In this document: in pieces, positions 1-10,621 of the stretch
Layout: each line of letters opens with the position of its first letter
Position numbering within the stretch: position 1 is the first letter of the stretch
Assembly: GCA_963664395.2 (NCBI GenBank)
Contig: OY761159.2
Location: 640,001 to 704,000, forward strand
DNA length: 64,000 bases
DNA from: Candidatus Binatia bacterium
GTDB lineage: Bacteria; Desulfobacterota; Binatia; Bin18
Direction: 5' to 3'
The notes under the pieces: generated by a model
Database searches by the model: none
What the model saw: the letters and a program-made list of their open reading frames with translations, nothing else
What the model was told of the DNA's origin: nothing
Program-made: the position numbers and the translations under genes

Positions 1-673
1 GAATAAAATGCTTCTCCGCAAAAGGATAGGGCTCGCTCGGAAGGATGACGATGTGAGGGTCGGCAGCAGCCGCTTCATCCAGGGAGAGCGAGAAATATCG
101 TTCGTCCTTTGTACGCAGGATGTTCTCTCCGCCGCAACACCACAGCATGTTATCGCTATAGGTCTCGTGGTTAAAAGACATCCAGGGCTTGCGCCAGATG
201 GGACAAAACACGCGCAACCGTTCTCCCTCTTTCGGTCCGGTCGTCACCTCTTCATAGTGCTGCCACAGAGACATAGCCAGCGTCTGGGCCTGCTCTTGGC
301 AGCCTATGAGCGGGCCGAGCTGTTCCACCAGCCGAATTCCATCCGCTACCGTACGCGGAGCGGTGACATAGATAGGCAAACCCCGTTTGTCCAGCGCCTG
401 GAAATCCTCTTGTCTATTTTCTTCCTCGTTGACAATAATGAGGTCGGGCTCCAGGCGCTCAATCGTGTCGAGGTCGGGGTCTTTTGTACCGCCAACGTGC
501 GTCACCCCCGCCACAGCGTCAGGCGGATGCGTACAATAGGAGGTCACCCCAACCACTCGCTCACCAGCTCCAAGGGCAAACACGGTCTCGGTAATACTCG
601 GGACGAGCGAAATAATACGCCGCGGCCTTTGAGGAAGAGAAAGAGAGCGTTTATGGGCGTCCAGAAATTCCAT
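1..673 (-). CDS. Helical-backbone metal/cobalamin-binding ABC substrate-binding protein (BtuF-like), runs off the window
   Basis: Not in the ORF track. Minus strand from ATG at 673 reads [50 protein letters not shown] and later ILPSEPYPF, typical of this family. Confidence 0.8.
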   Translation of the reverse strand, partial: [224 protein letters not shown]

Positions 674-709
674 CGTTTGGTGTCAAGGCGGGCTCTGTTT
701 TGTCTTCAA

Positions 710-1006
710 TTACTGCTGCAGAATCGCTTCCAACTGCCGCCGTTCCTCTTGGGTGACTTCTTCGACAGCATTGGCCTGGCCATTTTCAGCGGTCGGGTCA
801 GGAATGGTCTGGCTGAGCGCCGCACCCTTCCCTTCCTCAGGACCGAACAGGCCAATACGCCGCAATTCTTCTTCCATGATAAAAATTGCACCAATAAAGA
901 GCACCAGCCCGACACACGCCATGAGGAGCATGAGTTTCGGGAGCCAAAGCCAGCGTCTTTTTTTCTGCGCCTGTACTGCTGGGCTATTCTTTCTTTGCCG
1001 TGCCAC
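710..1006 (-). CDS. Small single-pass membrane hypothetical protein
   Basis: Basic N-terminus, one hydrophobic helix (LMLLMACVGLVLFIGAIFIM), AGGAGG RBS upstream, operonic spacing. Confidence 0.65.
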   Translation of the reverse strand: MARQRKNSPAVQAQKKRRWLWLPKLMLLMACVGLVLFIGAIFIMEEELRRIGLFGPEEGKGAALSQTIPDPTAENGQANAVEEVTQEERRQLEAILQQ

Positions 1007-1018
1007 GAGACCTCCTCC

Positions 1019-2236
1019 TTACGGCTGCCGCGAATGTCGCAGCTGTCGCTTGACAACCGCTCGGACGGCATCCCAGCCACTCCGCCGGTGCCAGCCATCC
1101 ACCCCGTTATACCACTTCAAACCGATGGATTGGAGTCGCCTACTCCGAGCAGCAAGCGCAAACCAAACGCGGGCCGTCGATCCATAGAAAAGCGTGGTGG
1201 CAAAAGCCAGCCGGGCCAGCTTCTTGCCTGACCAGGACCGCGCGACAGTCTGCGTGTACGTGTCAAACGTAAAATCCTGAGTCTTTAACGCCTCGATTGC
1301 GGCTTGAGCAGCACATGCCCCGTATTCAAACGCAAAAGAGATGCCTTCTCCCATAAGGGGTTCAGCTCCCGCTGCATCGCCAGCGAGAACAACGTGCGGA
1401 GCGGCAAGCGGCTGCTCGGAGGCGTACCCATAGATCGGAAAAGCGCGCAGCCGTCGGGGGACGCTCGTTCCCCCAGAGACACCGGAGACGCTCAAATGGC
1501 CGATTTCCTCAGTAAGGCAGTCCTGTAGCTCCGCATTGGAGAAAGAAGCCTCGCCTAGCGAATAAATACCAACATTCATATGCGGGACCCGATCAATCAG
1601 GCATGGGAAGGCCCATAAATATCCACGTAATCCAGTCGGCACAGGCAGAAAATTGAAATCGTAACGCTGCTGGGAGAAACCATCCCAGTCCGTTTCTGAG
1701 ACCGGCACATCGGCCATGATGGCTTTACCAACTGCTCGGTGGGTCTGCCCGATCAACTGTCGTCGCACCCGGCTGCCGGACCCGTCAGCCCCGACCACAA
1801 TACGTGCAAGATAGGTCGCCTTGTCTGTCTCCACACGAATGCCGCTCGGCTCTCGGATAAACTGTATAACTTTTTCACCTTGCCGGATTTCCGCTCCTCG
1901 CTCCTGGGCAGTCCGCACGAGTAAAAAATCAAACTCGTTCCGTCGGATGATGGAGCACATGCCCCCTTCCTCACACACAACCTCCTGTCCGGGCGGGACT
2001 TGGACAAACGCACGGTTGACCTGGACATGCGGAACAGTCAGGGGAATATCTAAAGCGTTAAGACACTCAAGCGTGTGAGGAATGAGTCCGCCAGCGCAGA
2101 CCTTCTCCCGCGGATGAACCGCTTTGTCGAGAAGGAGGATAGTGCCAGCCAACGCAGGGTCGCCTCTCAACAGATTGAGAGCGGTTGCGGTCCCGGCCGG
2201 GCCAGAGCCGATGATGATAACGTCAAAGCACTCCAC
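1019..2236 (-). CDS. FAD-dependent oxidoreductase, geranylgeranyl reductase family
   Basis: DVIIIGSGPAG FAD motif, REKVCAGG, GADGSGS, GDAAG..PLMGEGISFA. Confidence 0.85.
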   Translation of the reverse strand: MECFDVIIIGSGPAGTATALNLLRGDPALAGTILLLDKAVHPREKVCAGGLIPHTLECLNALDIPLTVPHVQVNRAFVQVPPGQEVVCEEGGMCSIIRRNEFDFLLVRTAQERGAEIRQGEKVIQFIREPSGIRVETDKATYLARIVVGADGSGSRVRRQLIGQTHRAVGKAIMADVPVSETDWDGFSQQRYDFNFLPVPTGLRGYLWAFPCLIDRVPHMNVGIYSLGEASFSNAELQDCLTEEIGHLSVSGVSGGTSVPRRLRAFPIYGYASEQPLAAPHVVLAGDAAGAEPLMGEGISFAFEYGACAAQAAIEALKTQDFTFDTYTQTVARSWSGKKLARLAFATTLFYGSTARVWFALAARSRRLQSIGLKWYNGVDGWHRRSGWDAVRAVVKRQLRHSRQP

Positions 2237-2265
2237 AGCAGTGGGAGCCGTCCGAAGGCGAATGA

Positions 2266-2610
2266 TTAGCCTTCAATCATGGGGGCTTCTTCAGTCACGA
2301 ACCAGACTAAGTTGGGGTGATCTGTGAATTTCAGTTCATCCGGTCGCACGTGGGCCAGGTAGTCCGAGTCAGCCAAAAAGGCATCCACAGCAGCGTAATC
2401 ATCAAACCACAGTTCGGCAATACCATCGAATGGCGCGGCATTACTCTCGTATGCCTGCGGGGTCGTATGGCTCTGTACGTATTTCCGAATATACTTCCGC
2501 AGCCCTGGGATGCCTTTAATCAAATTCCCATGTTGAGTCCGCCAGTATGCGTGGAACTCGTCCACGCCCATCCCAGGCTTTCGTTTTACACAGACGACAA
2601 GTTTGACCAT
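2266..2610 (-). CDS. EthD family protein
   Basis: KRKPGM..EF..YW...H and FDGIAELWFD motifs. Confidence 0.85.
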   Translation of the reverse strand: MVKLVVCVKRKPGMGVDEFHAYWRTQHGNLIKGIPGLRKYIRKYVQSHTTPQAYESNAAPFDGIAELWFDDYAAVDAFLADSDYLAHVRPDELKFTDHPNLVWFVTEEAPMIEG

Positions 2611-2642
2611 AATACCCTTACGAACAGGACCGGACCCCCTGC

Positions 2643-3068
2643 TTAGAGGGCAGAACGCGGCCCAACGTTGTCCCGAATCCAGTCCACAATTTCCTGGGTA
2701 CTGGCTCCAGGGGTAAACACCTTTTTGACTCCGATTTCCGTCAGGCCGAGCATATCATCTTCCGGGACGATGCCCCCACCAAAAACAGCCACATCATCCG
2801 CCCCACGCTCTTTGAGCGCATCCAGAATGGCAGGGAATAAAGTCATATGGGCACCCGAAAGAATGCTTAAACCAACGGCGTCTACGTCCTCCTGCACGGC
2901 GGCCTCAGCGATCATTTCCGGTGTCTGGTGTAAGCCGGTGTAGATGACCTCAAAACCGGCGTCTCTGAGTGCGCGGGCAATAATCTTTGCGCCTCGGTCA
3001 TGACCATCGAGCCCAGCTTTTGCAACCAGGATGCGGAGTACTGTTTCTTCGGACACACCAACCTCCAA
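2643..3068 (-). CDS. icmB: Cobalamin-binding small subunit of acyl-CoA mutase (IcmB-like)
   Basis: GLDGHDRGA (DxHxxG) and SILSGAH B12-binding motifs; adjacent to the large subunit. Confidence 0.85.
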   Translation of the reverse strand: MEVGVSEETVLRILVAKAGLDGHDRGAKIIARALRDAGFEVIYTGLHQTPEMIAEAAVQEDVDAVGLSILSGAHMTLFPAILDALKERGADDVAVFGGGIVPEDDMLGLTEIGVKKVFTPGASTQEIVDWIRDNVGPRSAL

Positions 3069-3098
3069 AAGAAGGGACTAGGAATTGTTCCTTTTTCG

Positions 3099-4730
3099 TT
3101 ACAGCCATGCAGGGTCTTGATATACTCCAAACACCTCACGGTACACATCGGAGATTTCACCAATCGTACAGTAGGCTTTGACGGCATCGATCAAGACTGG
3201 CATTAAGTTCTGCCCGTTGCGTGCCGCCGCGTGCACTCGACCCAGGTTTTCCGCTACTAAGGCACTATCACGCTCTTGTTTGACCTGCTTGACCTGGGCA
3301 ACCTGGCTACGCTCAACCTCCGGATTAATCTTGAGGGTTTCCATCGGTCGTCCTGCTTCGACCACGTGCGAATTTACCCCAACGATAACCTTTTCTTTGG
3401 CATCCAGCTGTTGCTGATAGCGATAGGCCGCATCTGCGATTTCCTTTTGTGGAAAGCCGATATTGATCGCTCGGATAATACCGCCGAGTTCGTCAATCCG
3501 GTCGATATAGGCGAACGCCTCTTTTTCCATACGGTCCGTCAGGGCTTCGATGGCCCAACTGCCGCCCAGCGGATCAACGAAGTTGGTGACTCCGCTCTCT
3601 TCCGCAATAATTTGCTGGGTCCGCAGCGCGACCGTGACTGATTCTTCAGTTGGGAGGGCCAGGGTCTCGTCCATGGAATTGGTATGCAGCGACTGGGTGC
3701 CACCCAGGACGCCCGCCAGGGCCTGAATGGCCACCCGCACGACGTTGTTGACCGGTTGCTGGGCAGTCAGGCTGACACCGGCCGTCTGACAATGCGTCCG
3801 CAACAGCAGCGAACGGGGATTCTTTGCACCAAAGCGCTCCTTCATGATCTTGGCCCACATCCGGCGGGCCGCTCGCAGTTTGGCAATTTCTTCAAAAAAG
3901 TCATTATGGATATCAAAGAAAAAGGATAACCGCGGGGCAAACTCGTCAACATCGAGCCCGCGTTCTATCCCGGCTTGGACATAGCCAATGCCGTCGGCCA
4001 AGGTGAAGGCCAATTCCTGTATCGCAGTCGAGCCGGCTTCGCGGATGTGATAGCCCGAAATTGAGACGGCGTGCCAACGCGGTACCTCCTTGGCACAAAA
4101 TTCAATCATGTCGGTGACAATACGGACGGCTGGTTCGGGCGGGCAAATCCACTCTTTCTGGGCGATATACTCCTTGAGCATATCGTTCTGGATCGTCCCG
4201 CTGATCTGACTGCGTGGGATGCCCTGTTTATCGGCAACCGCAATATACATGGCGAGTAAAATACTGGCCGTGCAGTTCACGGTCATCGAGGTGGAGACTT
4301 CATCGAGCGGAATATCCTGGAACAAGCGCTCTATGTCTTGTATGGTCGAGACCGACACACCTTCACGACCAACCTCGCCCAGCGAGCGCGCATGGTCGGC
4401 GTCATAGCCCATCAGCACCGGCATATCAAAGGCGGTTGACAGGCCGGTTTGGCCCTCGGACAGCAGCAGCTTAAAGCGTTTATTCGTATCCTCGGGCGTC
4501 CCAAACCCGGCGAACTGACGCATGGTCCAGTAGCGACCCCGATACATACTCGGGTAGACCCCACGGGTGTAAGGGTATTCCCCCGGATAGCCTATCCCTT
4601 CGAGGTTGGAGCCGTTGAGATCGTCCGGCGTATAGACGGGCTCAATCTCCATATCGGATATGGTAGAAAATCGCTGCGAACGTTCCTCCTGTTGAGGATA
4701 TTTCTCATTCAACCACTCTTGCTTATTCAT
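3099..4730 (-). CDS. icmA: Acyl-CoA mutase large subunit, isobutyryl-CoA mutase type
   Basis: [49 protein letters not shown]. Start placed at MNKQ (4730), which has a GGAGG RBS. Confidence 0.85.
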   Translation of the reverse strand: MNKQEWLNEKYPQQEERSQRFSTISDMEIEPVYTPDDLNGSNLEGIGYPGEYPYTRGVYPSMYRGRYWTMRQFAGFGTPEDTNKRFKLLLSEGQTGLSTAFDMPVLMGYDADHARSLGEVGREGVSVSTIQDIERLFQDIPLDEVSTSMTVNCTASILLAMYIAVADKQGIPRSQISGTIQNDMLKEYIAQKEWICPPEPAVRIVTDMIEFCAKEVPRWHAVSISGYHIREAGSTAIQELAFTLADGIGYVQAGIERGLDVDEFAPRLSFFFDIHNDFFEEIAKLRAARRMWAKIMKERFGAKNPRSLLLRTHCQTAGVSLTAQQPVNNVVRVAIQALAGVLGGTQSLHTNSMDETLALPTEESVTVALRTQQIIAEESGVTNFVDPLGGSWAIEALTDRMEKEAFAYIDRIDELGGIIRAINIGFPQKEIADAAYRYQQQLDAKEKVIVGVNSHVVEAGRPMETLKINPEVERSQVAQVKQVKQERDSALVAENLGRVHAAARNGQNLMPVLIDAVKAYCTIGEISDVYREVFGVYQDPAWL

Positions 4731-4854
4731 GCTTCCTCCGAAAGAACCAACTGTCTCTCCAGCGTATTCGCTGTACGTCCCAAGTCCTTTTGGGAGCAAC
4801 AAATTTTACGTTACATAGCACGACCAACACACCCGGAATAGGGGCATGTCCGTC

Positions 4855-5637
4855 TTATTTTCCAGCAAACTTCGCCGCTCGTTTTTCAAGAAACGCGGCC
4901 ATCCCTTCGGCCTTGTCCTGCGTCGCAAATGTCAACCCAAAAGCCTCGGTTTCAAAACGACAGCCATTGACAATATCCATATCAATCCCGGCATTAATGG
5001 CGGTCTTTGCCTGCTGAATGGCAATGGGTGGTTTTGTCGCCAGCTTATGGGCGAGGGCTGTGGCCGCATTCAAACACTCGGCCACAGGAACGACTCGATT
5101 GGCCAAGCCATAGCGAACCGCCGCTTGTGCATCAATCATATCGCCAGAGTAGATCAGTTCCCGGGCCAGCGGCAGCCCGATACGACGCGCTAAGCGCTGT
5201 GTGCCGCCAAAGCCGGGGATGACACCCAGATTAATTTCAGGCTGACCGAACTTGGCGGTATCCGCGGCAATAATCATGTCACAGGCCAAGGCGAGTTCTA
5301 GGCCGCCACCCAGAGCAAAGCCATTGACTGCGGCAATCACGGGAATGGGCATTTCCTCAAGCGTCCGGGCCACCCGGAGCCCCAGTGAAGCAAAGGCTTT
5401 TCCCTCCAGGGGGGACATCGACACCATCGCTGATATATCTGCTCCTGCAACAAAAGCTCGATCGCCCGCGCCGGTAATGACAAGACAGCGCAGCGTGGCA
5501 TCCTGCTTTACCGCGTCCAAGCAGCCGGCAATCTCACCCAGGGTTACTGGGTTGAGCGCATTCAGGCTCTTGGGACGGTTCACCCTCAGGATGCCAATCG
5601 CATCTTCTTTTTCAAACACAATGTTTTCATATGCCAT
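4855..5637 (-). CDS. Enoyl-CoA hydratase (crotonase)
   Basis: AFVAGADI, GFALGGGLELA, FGQPEINLGVIPGFGGTQRL; both catalytic Glu present. Confidence 0.92.
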   Translation of the reverse strand: MAYENIVFEKEDAIGILRVNRPKSLNALNPVTLGEIAGCLDAVKQDATLRCLVITGAGDRAFVAGADISAMVSMSPLEGKAFASLGLRVARTLEEMPIPVIAAVNGFALGGGLELALACDMIIAADTAKFGQPEINLGVIPGFGGTQRLARRIGLPLARELIYSGDMIDAQAAVRYGLANRVVPVAECLNAATALAHKLATKPPIAIQQAKTAINAGIDMDIVNGCRFETEAFGLTFATQDKAEGMAAFLEKRAAKFAGK

Positions 5638-5638
5638 A

Positions 5639-6595
5639 TCAGTACTCCGGTTGCTCCTCAAAGTGGTGAAAGGTGTTGAGAAAGCGAATGGTCCGGCTCT
5701 TTGAGCGCATCACAACCGAATGCGACTCGCCTCCCCCGGGAAAAAACCGGACCCCACGGAGATAGCTCCCGGTTGTCACCCCGGTTGCGGCAAAGACGAC
5801 ACTGCCTTGGGCGAGTTCTTCGGTCGTATATTTTTTATGGATATCCTCCACTCCGCTCTCCCGTAGCTGGTCAATTTCTCCCGCGCTCCCCGGCTGGAAG
5901 CGGGCCTGAATCTCTCCGCCCAAACACCGCAGGGCCGCTGCGGCTAAAATACCTTGCGCGGCGCGTCCCGTGCCAACCAAAAGATCGAGTCCGGACTCCT
6001 CCCGCGTGGTGGCTAAGGCCGCAGACAGGTCGCCATCACTAATCAGGGTGACATGCACGTTAATGTCACGCAGTTCGCGCAGCAACTTGGCATGCCGGGG
6101 CCGGTCGAGCATGACCACGCGCAGGTTTTGCGGTTTGACCCCTTTCACTGCTGCGAGAGCGGCAAGATTGTCGACCATCGGCTTATCCAGATCAATCACC
6201 CCACGGCCCCACGGCCCCACCGCAATCTTCTCCATGTACACATCAGCGGGACAGCGGAGAAAACCACCCTCTTCAGCAACAGCAATGGCTACGATCGCAT
6301 TCGGCGCGCCCAGGGCGCAGGTGGTTGCCCCTTCAAGCGCATCGACAACCACCTCAAGGACGGGCCCCCGCCCGGTCCCGAGGCCTTCGTCGACATACAG
6401 CATGGGAACCGAGCCTTCATCTCCTTCGCCTAAGACGAGGTGGCCGCTGAACTCGATATGAGGGAACAGCCGGTGCATGGCCTCCACAGCCGCGGCGTCG
6501 GCCACCGCTTCATCTCCCCGCCCCATGTGGGAGGCTGCGGCTAAAGCGGCCGCGTCCGTCACACGAACGAATTCAAGCGCCAAGTTCCTATCCAT
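5639..6595 (-). CDS. glpX: Class II fructose-1,6-bisphosphatase homolog with divergent active-site motifs
   Basis: MDRNLALEFVRVT, YMEKIAVG, DRPRH, SDGD, ATGVT.G..LRGV, HSVVMRSKS. Confidence 0.85.
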   Translation of the reverse strand: MDRNLALEFVRVTDAAALAAASHMGRGDEAVADAAAVEAMHRLFPHIEFSGHLVLGEGDEGSVPMLYVDEGLGTGRGPVLEVVVDALEGATTCALGAPNAIVAIAVAEEGGFLRCPADVYMEKIAVGPWGRGVIDLDKPMVDNLAALAAVKGVKPQNLRVVMLDRPRHAKLLRELRDINVHVTLISDGDLSAALATTREESGLDLLVGTGRAAQGILAAAALRCLGGEIQARFQPGSAGEIDQLRESGVEDIHKKYTTEELAQGSVVFAATGVTTGSYLRGVRFFPGGGESHSVVMRSKSRTIRFLNTFHHFEEQPEY

Positions 6596-6622
6596 GCCAA
6601 ATCTCTTTGCTTCTCCCGATTC

Positions 6623-7852
6623 CTACACTAAGGCCTGCACCTCTCCGCGAATCACGTGCTCCATCAAACGCCACGCCTCAGCAACAAACACGTTCGTCGC
6701 TTTGGCACACGGTTCGTTATATCCTACAGGAGACTCTTCCGTACCGTCATGAGACGAGAGAACCGCGAAAGGCACAGGGTCGGACGAATGCGTCTTAATC
6801 GCGACGGGCGTGGCATGGTCAGGCATCAGTAAGATGGTCCACTCCGGGAAGGCGTCCAGACCATTCAGAATAGTCCCGACAACTTTCTCATCAAAATCCT
6901 CAAGCGCTTGGACCTTTTTATCGGCCGCCCCCATATGGCCGGCTTCGTCCGTTGCCTCAACATGCAGGAAGAGGAAATCCTTGTCACGCAGGGCGGCCAA
7001 ACCATATTCGGCTTTGCCGAGATAATTCGTGTCAAGAAAGCCGGTCGCTCCGGGCACATTGATCACCTCGAGCCCGGCGAGTATGCCAAGACCCCGCACC
7101 AGATCAACCGCGGAAATGACCGAACCGCTCAGACCAAAGCGTTCGGCGATCGTCGGGACGGCAGGACGGCGGCCTTGTCCCCACAGCCAGATCGAGGAGA
7201 CCGGCTTATGCCCCGCAGCCTGACGCCTGGCGTTGACCGGATGCCGGACGCATATCTCCTGGGCGCGCCGCATCAGCGAACATAGTTGGTCGCCACCATC
7301 TCCCTGGGGCCAGTAGCCCTGTACGGACCGGCCAGTAATATCGTGGGGTGGCGTGGTGTCCATTTTTTCCTTGCCCCCGTGCCAGACCAGCAGGTGCCGA
7401 TAGCTCACGCCAGGATAAAAGGAAAACTCACCGCCGCCCAACTCGCTCTGCATCGTCCCAATCAACTCCGCCGCGTCTGCGCTGGGGATGTGGCCGGCCG
7501 CAAAGTCGAGCATGGTTTCGGTTCCATCCGCGGCGCGACCCAAGGTCACCAGATTGCACCGAAACGCAATATCCGCCGGTCCCAGCTCCACGCCCATACT
7601 GGCCGCTTCAATGGGCGAACGTCCGGTATGGTATTGACGTGGGTCATAGCCCAGCAGACTCATGGTTCCGACATCGCTGCCTGAGGGATAGCCCTCGGGA
7701 ATCGTCTGGGTGAGGCCAAAGATACCGCGGGACGCAAGGCGGTCCATATGCGGCGTATGCGCGTACTCAAGAGGCGTTTTCCCGCCGAGTTCATCGACCG
7801 GCCAGTCCGCCATGCCATCACCTTGGAGAATGATATATTTCATACGTCTCAC
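6623..7852 (-). CDS. apgM: Cofactor-independent phosphoglycerate mutase, ApgM type (proposed homoserine-kinase-like clade)
   Basis: [45 protein letters not shown]. Confidence 0.88.
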   Translation of the reverse strand: MRRMKYIILQGDGMADWPVDELGGKTPLEYAHTPHMDRLASRGIFGLTQTIPEGYPSGSDVGTMSLLGYDPRQYHTGRSPIEAASMGVELGPADIAFRCNLVTLGRAADGTETMLDFAAGHIPSADAAELIGTMQSELGGGEFSFYPGVSYRHLLVWHGGKEKMDTTPPHDITGRSVQGYWPQGDGGDQLCSLMRRAQEICVRHPVNARRQAAGHKPVSSIWLWGQGRRPAVPTIAERFGLSGSVISAVDLVRGLGILAGLEVINVPGATGFLDTNYLGKAEYGLAALRDKDFLFLHVEATDEAGHMGAADKKVQALEDFDEKVVGTILNGLDAFPEWTILLMPDHATPVAIKTHSSDPVPFAVLSSHDGTEESPVGYNEPCAKATNVFVAEAWRLMEHVIRGEVQALV

Positions 7853-9264
7853 CCATCTGAAAATTCGTGCACGCGGGGTGCCTGCTTTTGCTCCAGCACA
7901 CCAAAAATCGCATCGCGTGCGCTTTGATAATCGGCCGGCGATTCAATCGGCTTGTTTGCGGAATGCGCTGCCACCCCACGCAAACGCCCCTCATGGTAGC
8001 GACGTTTGAAGTCGATAAACTTGAGCCCATGTGCGGTGGATATCACAACGACACGTTCCTGTGATTGGATCTGCCCGGCGCGCACGAGTTTCCGCAGGAC
8101 GGCCAGAGCAACCCCAGTGTGCGGACAATTGAACAGCCCGGTCAAATCTGCCAATGCAGACGCTTCGGCCAACTCGGCTTCGCTGGCCTGCTCTACTATA
8201 CTATCGAACATCTGCAGGACCCGAATGGCTTTATGCACACTGACCGGGTCACCGATCTGAATGGCTGATGCCAAGGTCTTTTTGGCTTTGACCGGACGGT
8301 ATTTTTCAAAGCCTGTGGCAAAACTCTTGTACAAAGGATTTGCGCGTTCTGCCTGGGCACAGACGAGACGGGGCAGGCGGTCAATCAGACCAAGCTCCTG
8401 CATCAGCAGGAATCCACGCCCGATAGCCGTCACGTTGCCGAGATTTCCTCCGGGGACGATCACGACATCGGGGACTTCCCAATCAAACTGCTGAACAATT
8501 TCAATCGAGATCGTCTTTTGCCCCTCAAGCCGGAGACTGTTCATCGAGTTGGCCAGATAGATATTTTCCTTCGTACACAGCTCTCGGACGACCCGCATAC
8601 AGCCGTCAAAGTCGGTATCGAGCGACAGGGTCAGCGCCCCATTTGCCATGGGCTGAATGAGTTGGGCCGTAGACACCCGATTGCGGGGCAGAATCACAAT
8701 GGCGGGGATACCGGCCGCGGCGCAGTAAGCGGCGAGTGCGGCTGACGTATCGCCGGTTGAGGCGCACGCCACTGCGGGAATTGACACGCCATCCGCAATC
8801 ATTTGCTTTACCATAGAGACGAGCACAGTCATGCCCAGGTCCTTAAATGACCCGGTGTGGGAGTTTCCGCACTGTTTGACCCACAGCTCGTCAATACCGA
8901 TGTGTCGTCCGAGCCGCTCCGCCCAAAAAAGATTAGTCCCCCCCTCATACGTGGAAACAATATTCTCGTCATCAATGGCCGGACAAACCATTTCCTTCTT
9001 GCCCCACACACCGCTGCCATACGGGTAGAGCGTTCGTCGGTAGCGCTCGTCAAACAAATGCCGCCACTCCTGGGGCGAACGCATTTTGAGCGCGGTAACA
9101 TCGTGATACACATCCAGCAGCCCTCCACACGTCGGGCAATAGTACAGGATCTCGTTAAGCGGATGTTCACCTGGGCAGCCGGACGCACAGCCAAACCAGG
9201 CCCGAAACGGGGAAGGGGTCGGGGCCGTCAGAGGAAGAGAGTCTCCCAGCGCAGCGTGTGTCAT
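7849..9264 (-). CDS. thrC: Threonine synthase (plant-like form)
   Basis: [14 protein letters not shown] lysine, [25 protein letters not shown]; start placed at MTHAA. Confidence 0.92.
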   Translation of the reverse strand: MTHAALGDSLPLTAPTPSPFRAWFGCASGCPGEHPLNEILYYCPTCGGLLDVYHDVTALKMRSPQEWRHLFDERYRRTLYPYGSGVWGKKEMVCPAIDDENIVSTYEGGTNLFWAERLGRHIGIDELWVKQCGNSHTGSFKDLGMTVLVSMVKQMIADGVSIPAVACASTGDTSAALAAYCAAAGIPAIVILPRNRVSTAQLIQPMANGALTLSLDTDFDGCMRVVRELCTKENIYLANSMNSLRLEGQKTISIEIVQQFDWEVPDVVIVPGGNLGNVTAIGRGFLLMQELGLIDRLPRLVCAQAERANPLYKSFATGFEKYRPVKAKKTLASAIQIGDPVSVHKAIRVLQMFDSIVEQASEAELAEASALADLTGLFNCPHTGVALAVLRKLVRAGQIQSQERVVVISTAHGLKFIDFKRRYHEGRLRGVAAHSANKPIESPADYQSARDAIFGVLEQKQAPRVHEFSDG

Positions 9265-9304
9265 AGTTGTCTCTGACCGGTTCTTTCCATTCTTGTACGT
9301 TTCG

Positions 9305-10621
9305 CTAGCCAAGGCTCTCTTCAATGCGGATGTACACCGATTTCCCGTGAACGATAGGTAATTGGTCAACCAACGTCATAGCCGCCTTCAAATTCCGTTC
9401 AGGTGCGGCATGCGTCCGCATGACCAAAGGTACGGTATTATCGCCTTCACTCCGGCCGCGCTGAATGACCGAGGCAATACTAATGTCCTGGTCGCCTAAA
9501 ATACCGCTAATCTGTGTGAGCACGCCAGGACGGTCAACAGCCATGAAGCGCAGATAATACTCACTGACCAGCTCATCCATGGGCCGGACAGCCGCCGGCT
9601 TCAGCTCTGTCCAGGCACACCCAAGCGGGGGCGGGGGCTGCTGATGCTTCGTCTGCGCCCGCGCACTGTCAACAACGTCAGACAGAACTGCCGCCGCGGT
9701 AGGCAAACTCCCCGCTCCTTGTCCAAATTGGAGGGAAGAGCCCAGAGCGTCCCCTTGCGTAAAGATGGCATTATACGCGCCGCCCACACCCGCCAAAAGA
9801 CTGCCCTGCGGAATCATGGTCGGATGGACGCGGGCTTCAAGCACGTCACCTTCTTCCTTGGCAATCGCCAGGAGCTTGATCACATAGCCGAACTCGCGCG
9901 CAAATGCGATGTCGATCTGGTCGAGCTGCCGAATCCCTTCGGTGTACACGGCATCGACCGGCACCCGTACGCCAAAGGCGAGCATGATGAGTAGCGTCAG
10001 CTTCTGAGCAGCGTCAATGCCATCAACATCCATACGGGGATCAGCTTCCGCCAAGCCCAGCTCTTGGGCTCTGTGTAAGACAGAGGCAAAATCGGCGCCG
10101 TCCTCACGCATCGTTGACAGGATGTAATTACACGTCCCATTCACAATCCCGAACAGTGCCTTGTTGCGGTCCGCGACAAAGCCTTCCCGCAGCGTCCGAA
10201 TAATAGGGATGCCGCCAGCCACGCTGGCTTCAAACCCCAAGCGTACCCCATGCGCTTCCGCTGCGGAAAAAATCTCATCGCCATGCAGAGCCAGCAGAGC
10301 TTTGTTTGCCGTCACAACGGCTTTGCCCCGTGCCATAGCTTCTAAAACGAGCGACCGGGCGGGGTCGGTTCCGCCAATGAGTTCCAGAACAATATCAACC
10401 TCACCATCATTCACGACGCTCCAAGGGTCAGCCGATAAACGGACACCAGAGAGAGGCGGGTGCGGTTTTGTGTCGATGCTCCGACTCGCAACGTGCACGA
10501 GTTGCAGGGGAACACCTATTTTTCGAGCAAACGAATCGCGCTGCCGGTCCAGGAGTTGGACAACCCCGGAACCAACCGTCCCCAACCCAATGAGACCAAG
10601 TTTTACACCCTCCCTCGCCAT
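9305..10621 (-). CDS. hom: Homoserine dehydrogenase with C-terminal ACT domain
   Basis: [51 protein letters not shown]. Confidence 0.95.
   Translation of the reverse strand: MAREGVKLGLIGLGTVGSGVVQLLDRQRDSFARKIGVPLQLVHVASRSIDTKPHPPLSGVRLSADPWSVVNDGEVDIVLELIGGTDPARSLVLEAMARGKAVVTANKALLALHGDEIFSAAEAHGVRLGFEASVAGGIPIIRTLREGFVADRNKALFGIVNGTCNYILSTMREDGADFASVLHRAQELGLAEADPRMDVDGIDAAQKLTLLIMLAFGVRVPVDAVYTEGIRQLDQIDIAFAREFGYVIKLLAIAKEEGDVLEARVHPTMIPQGSLLAGVGGAYNAIFTQGDALGSSLQFGQGAGSLPTAAAVLSDVVDSARAQTKHQQPPPPLGCAWTELKPAAVRPMDELVSEYYLRFMAVDRPGVLTQISGILGDQDISIASVIQRGRSEGDNTVPLVMRTHAAPERNLKAAMTLVDQLPIVHGKSVYIRIEESLG

Noticed and set aside
8-1231. 407-aa plus-strand ORF
   Set aside because: Antisense shadow of three minus-strand genes; no recognisable motifs
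3099-4802. Methylmalonyl-CoA mutase call and start at 4802
   Set aside because: Specificity residues are Phe/Gln, and the RBS supports the start at 4730
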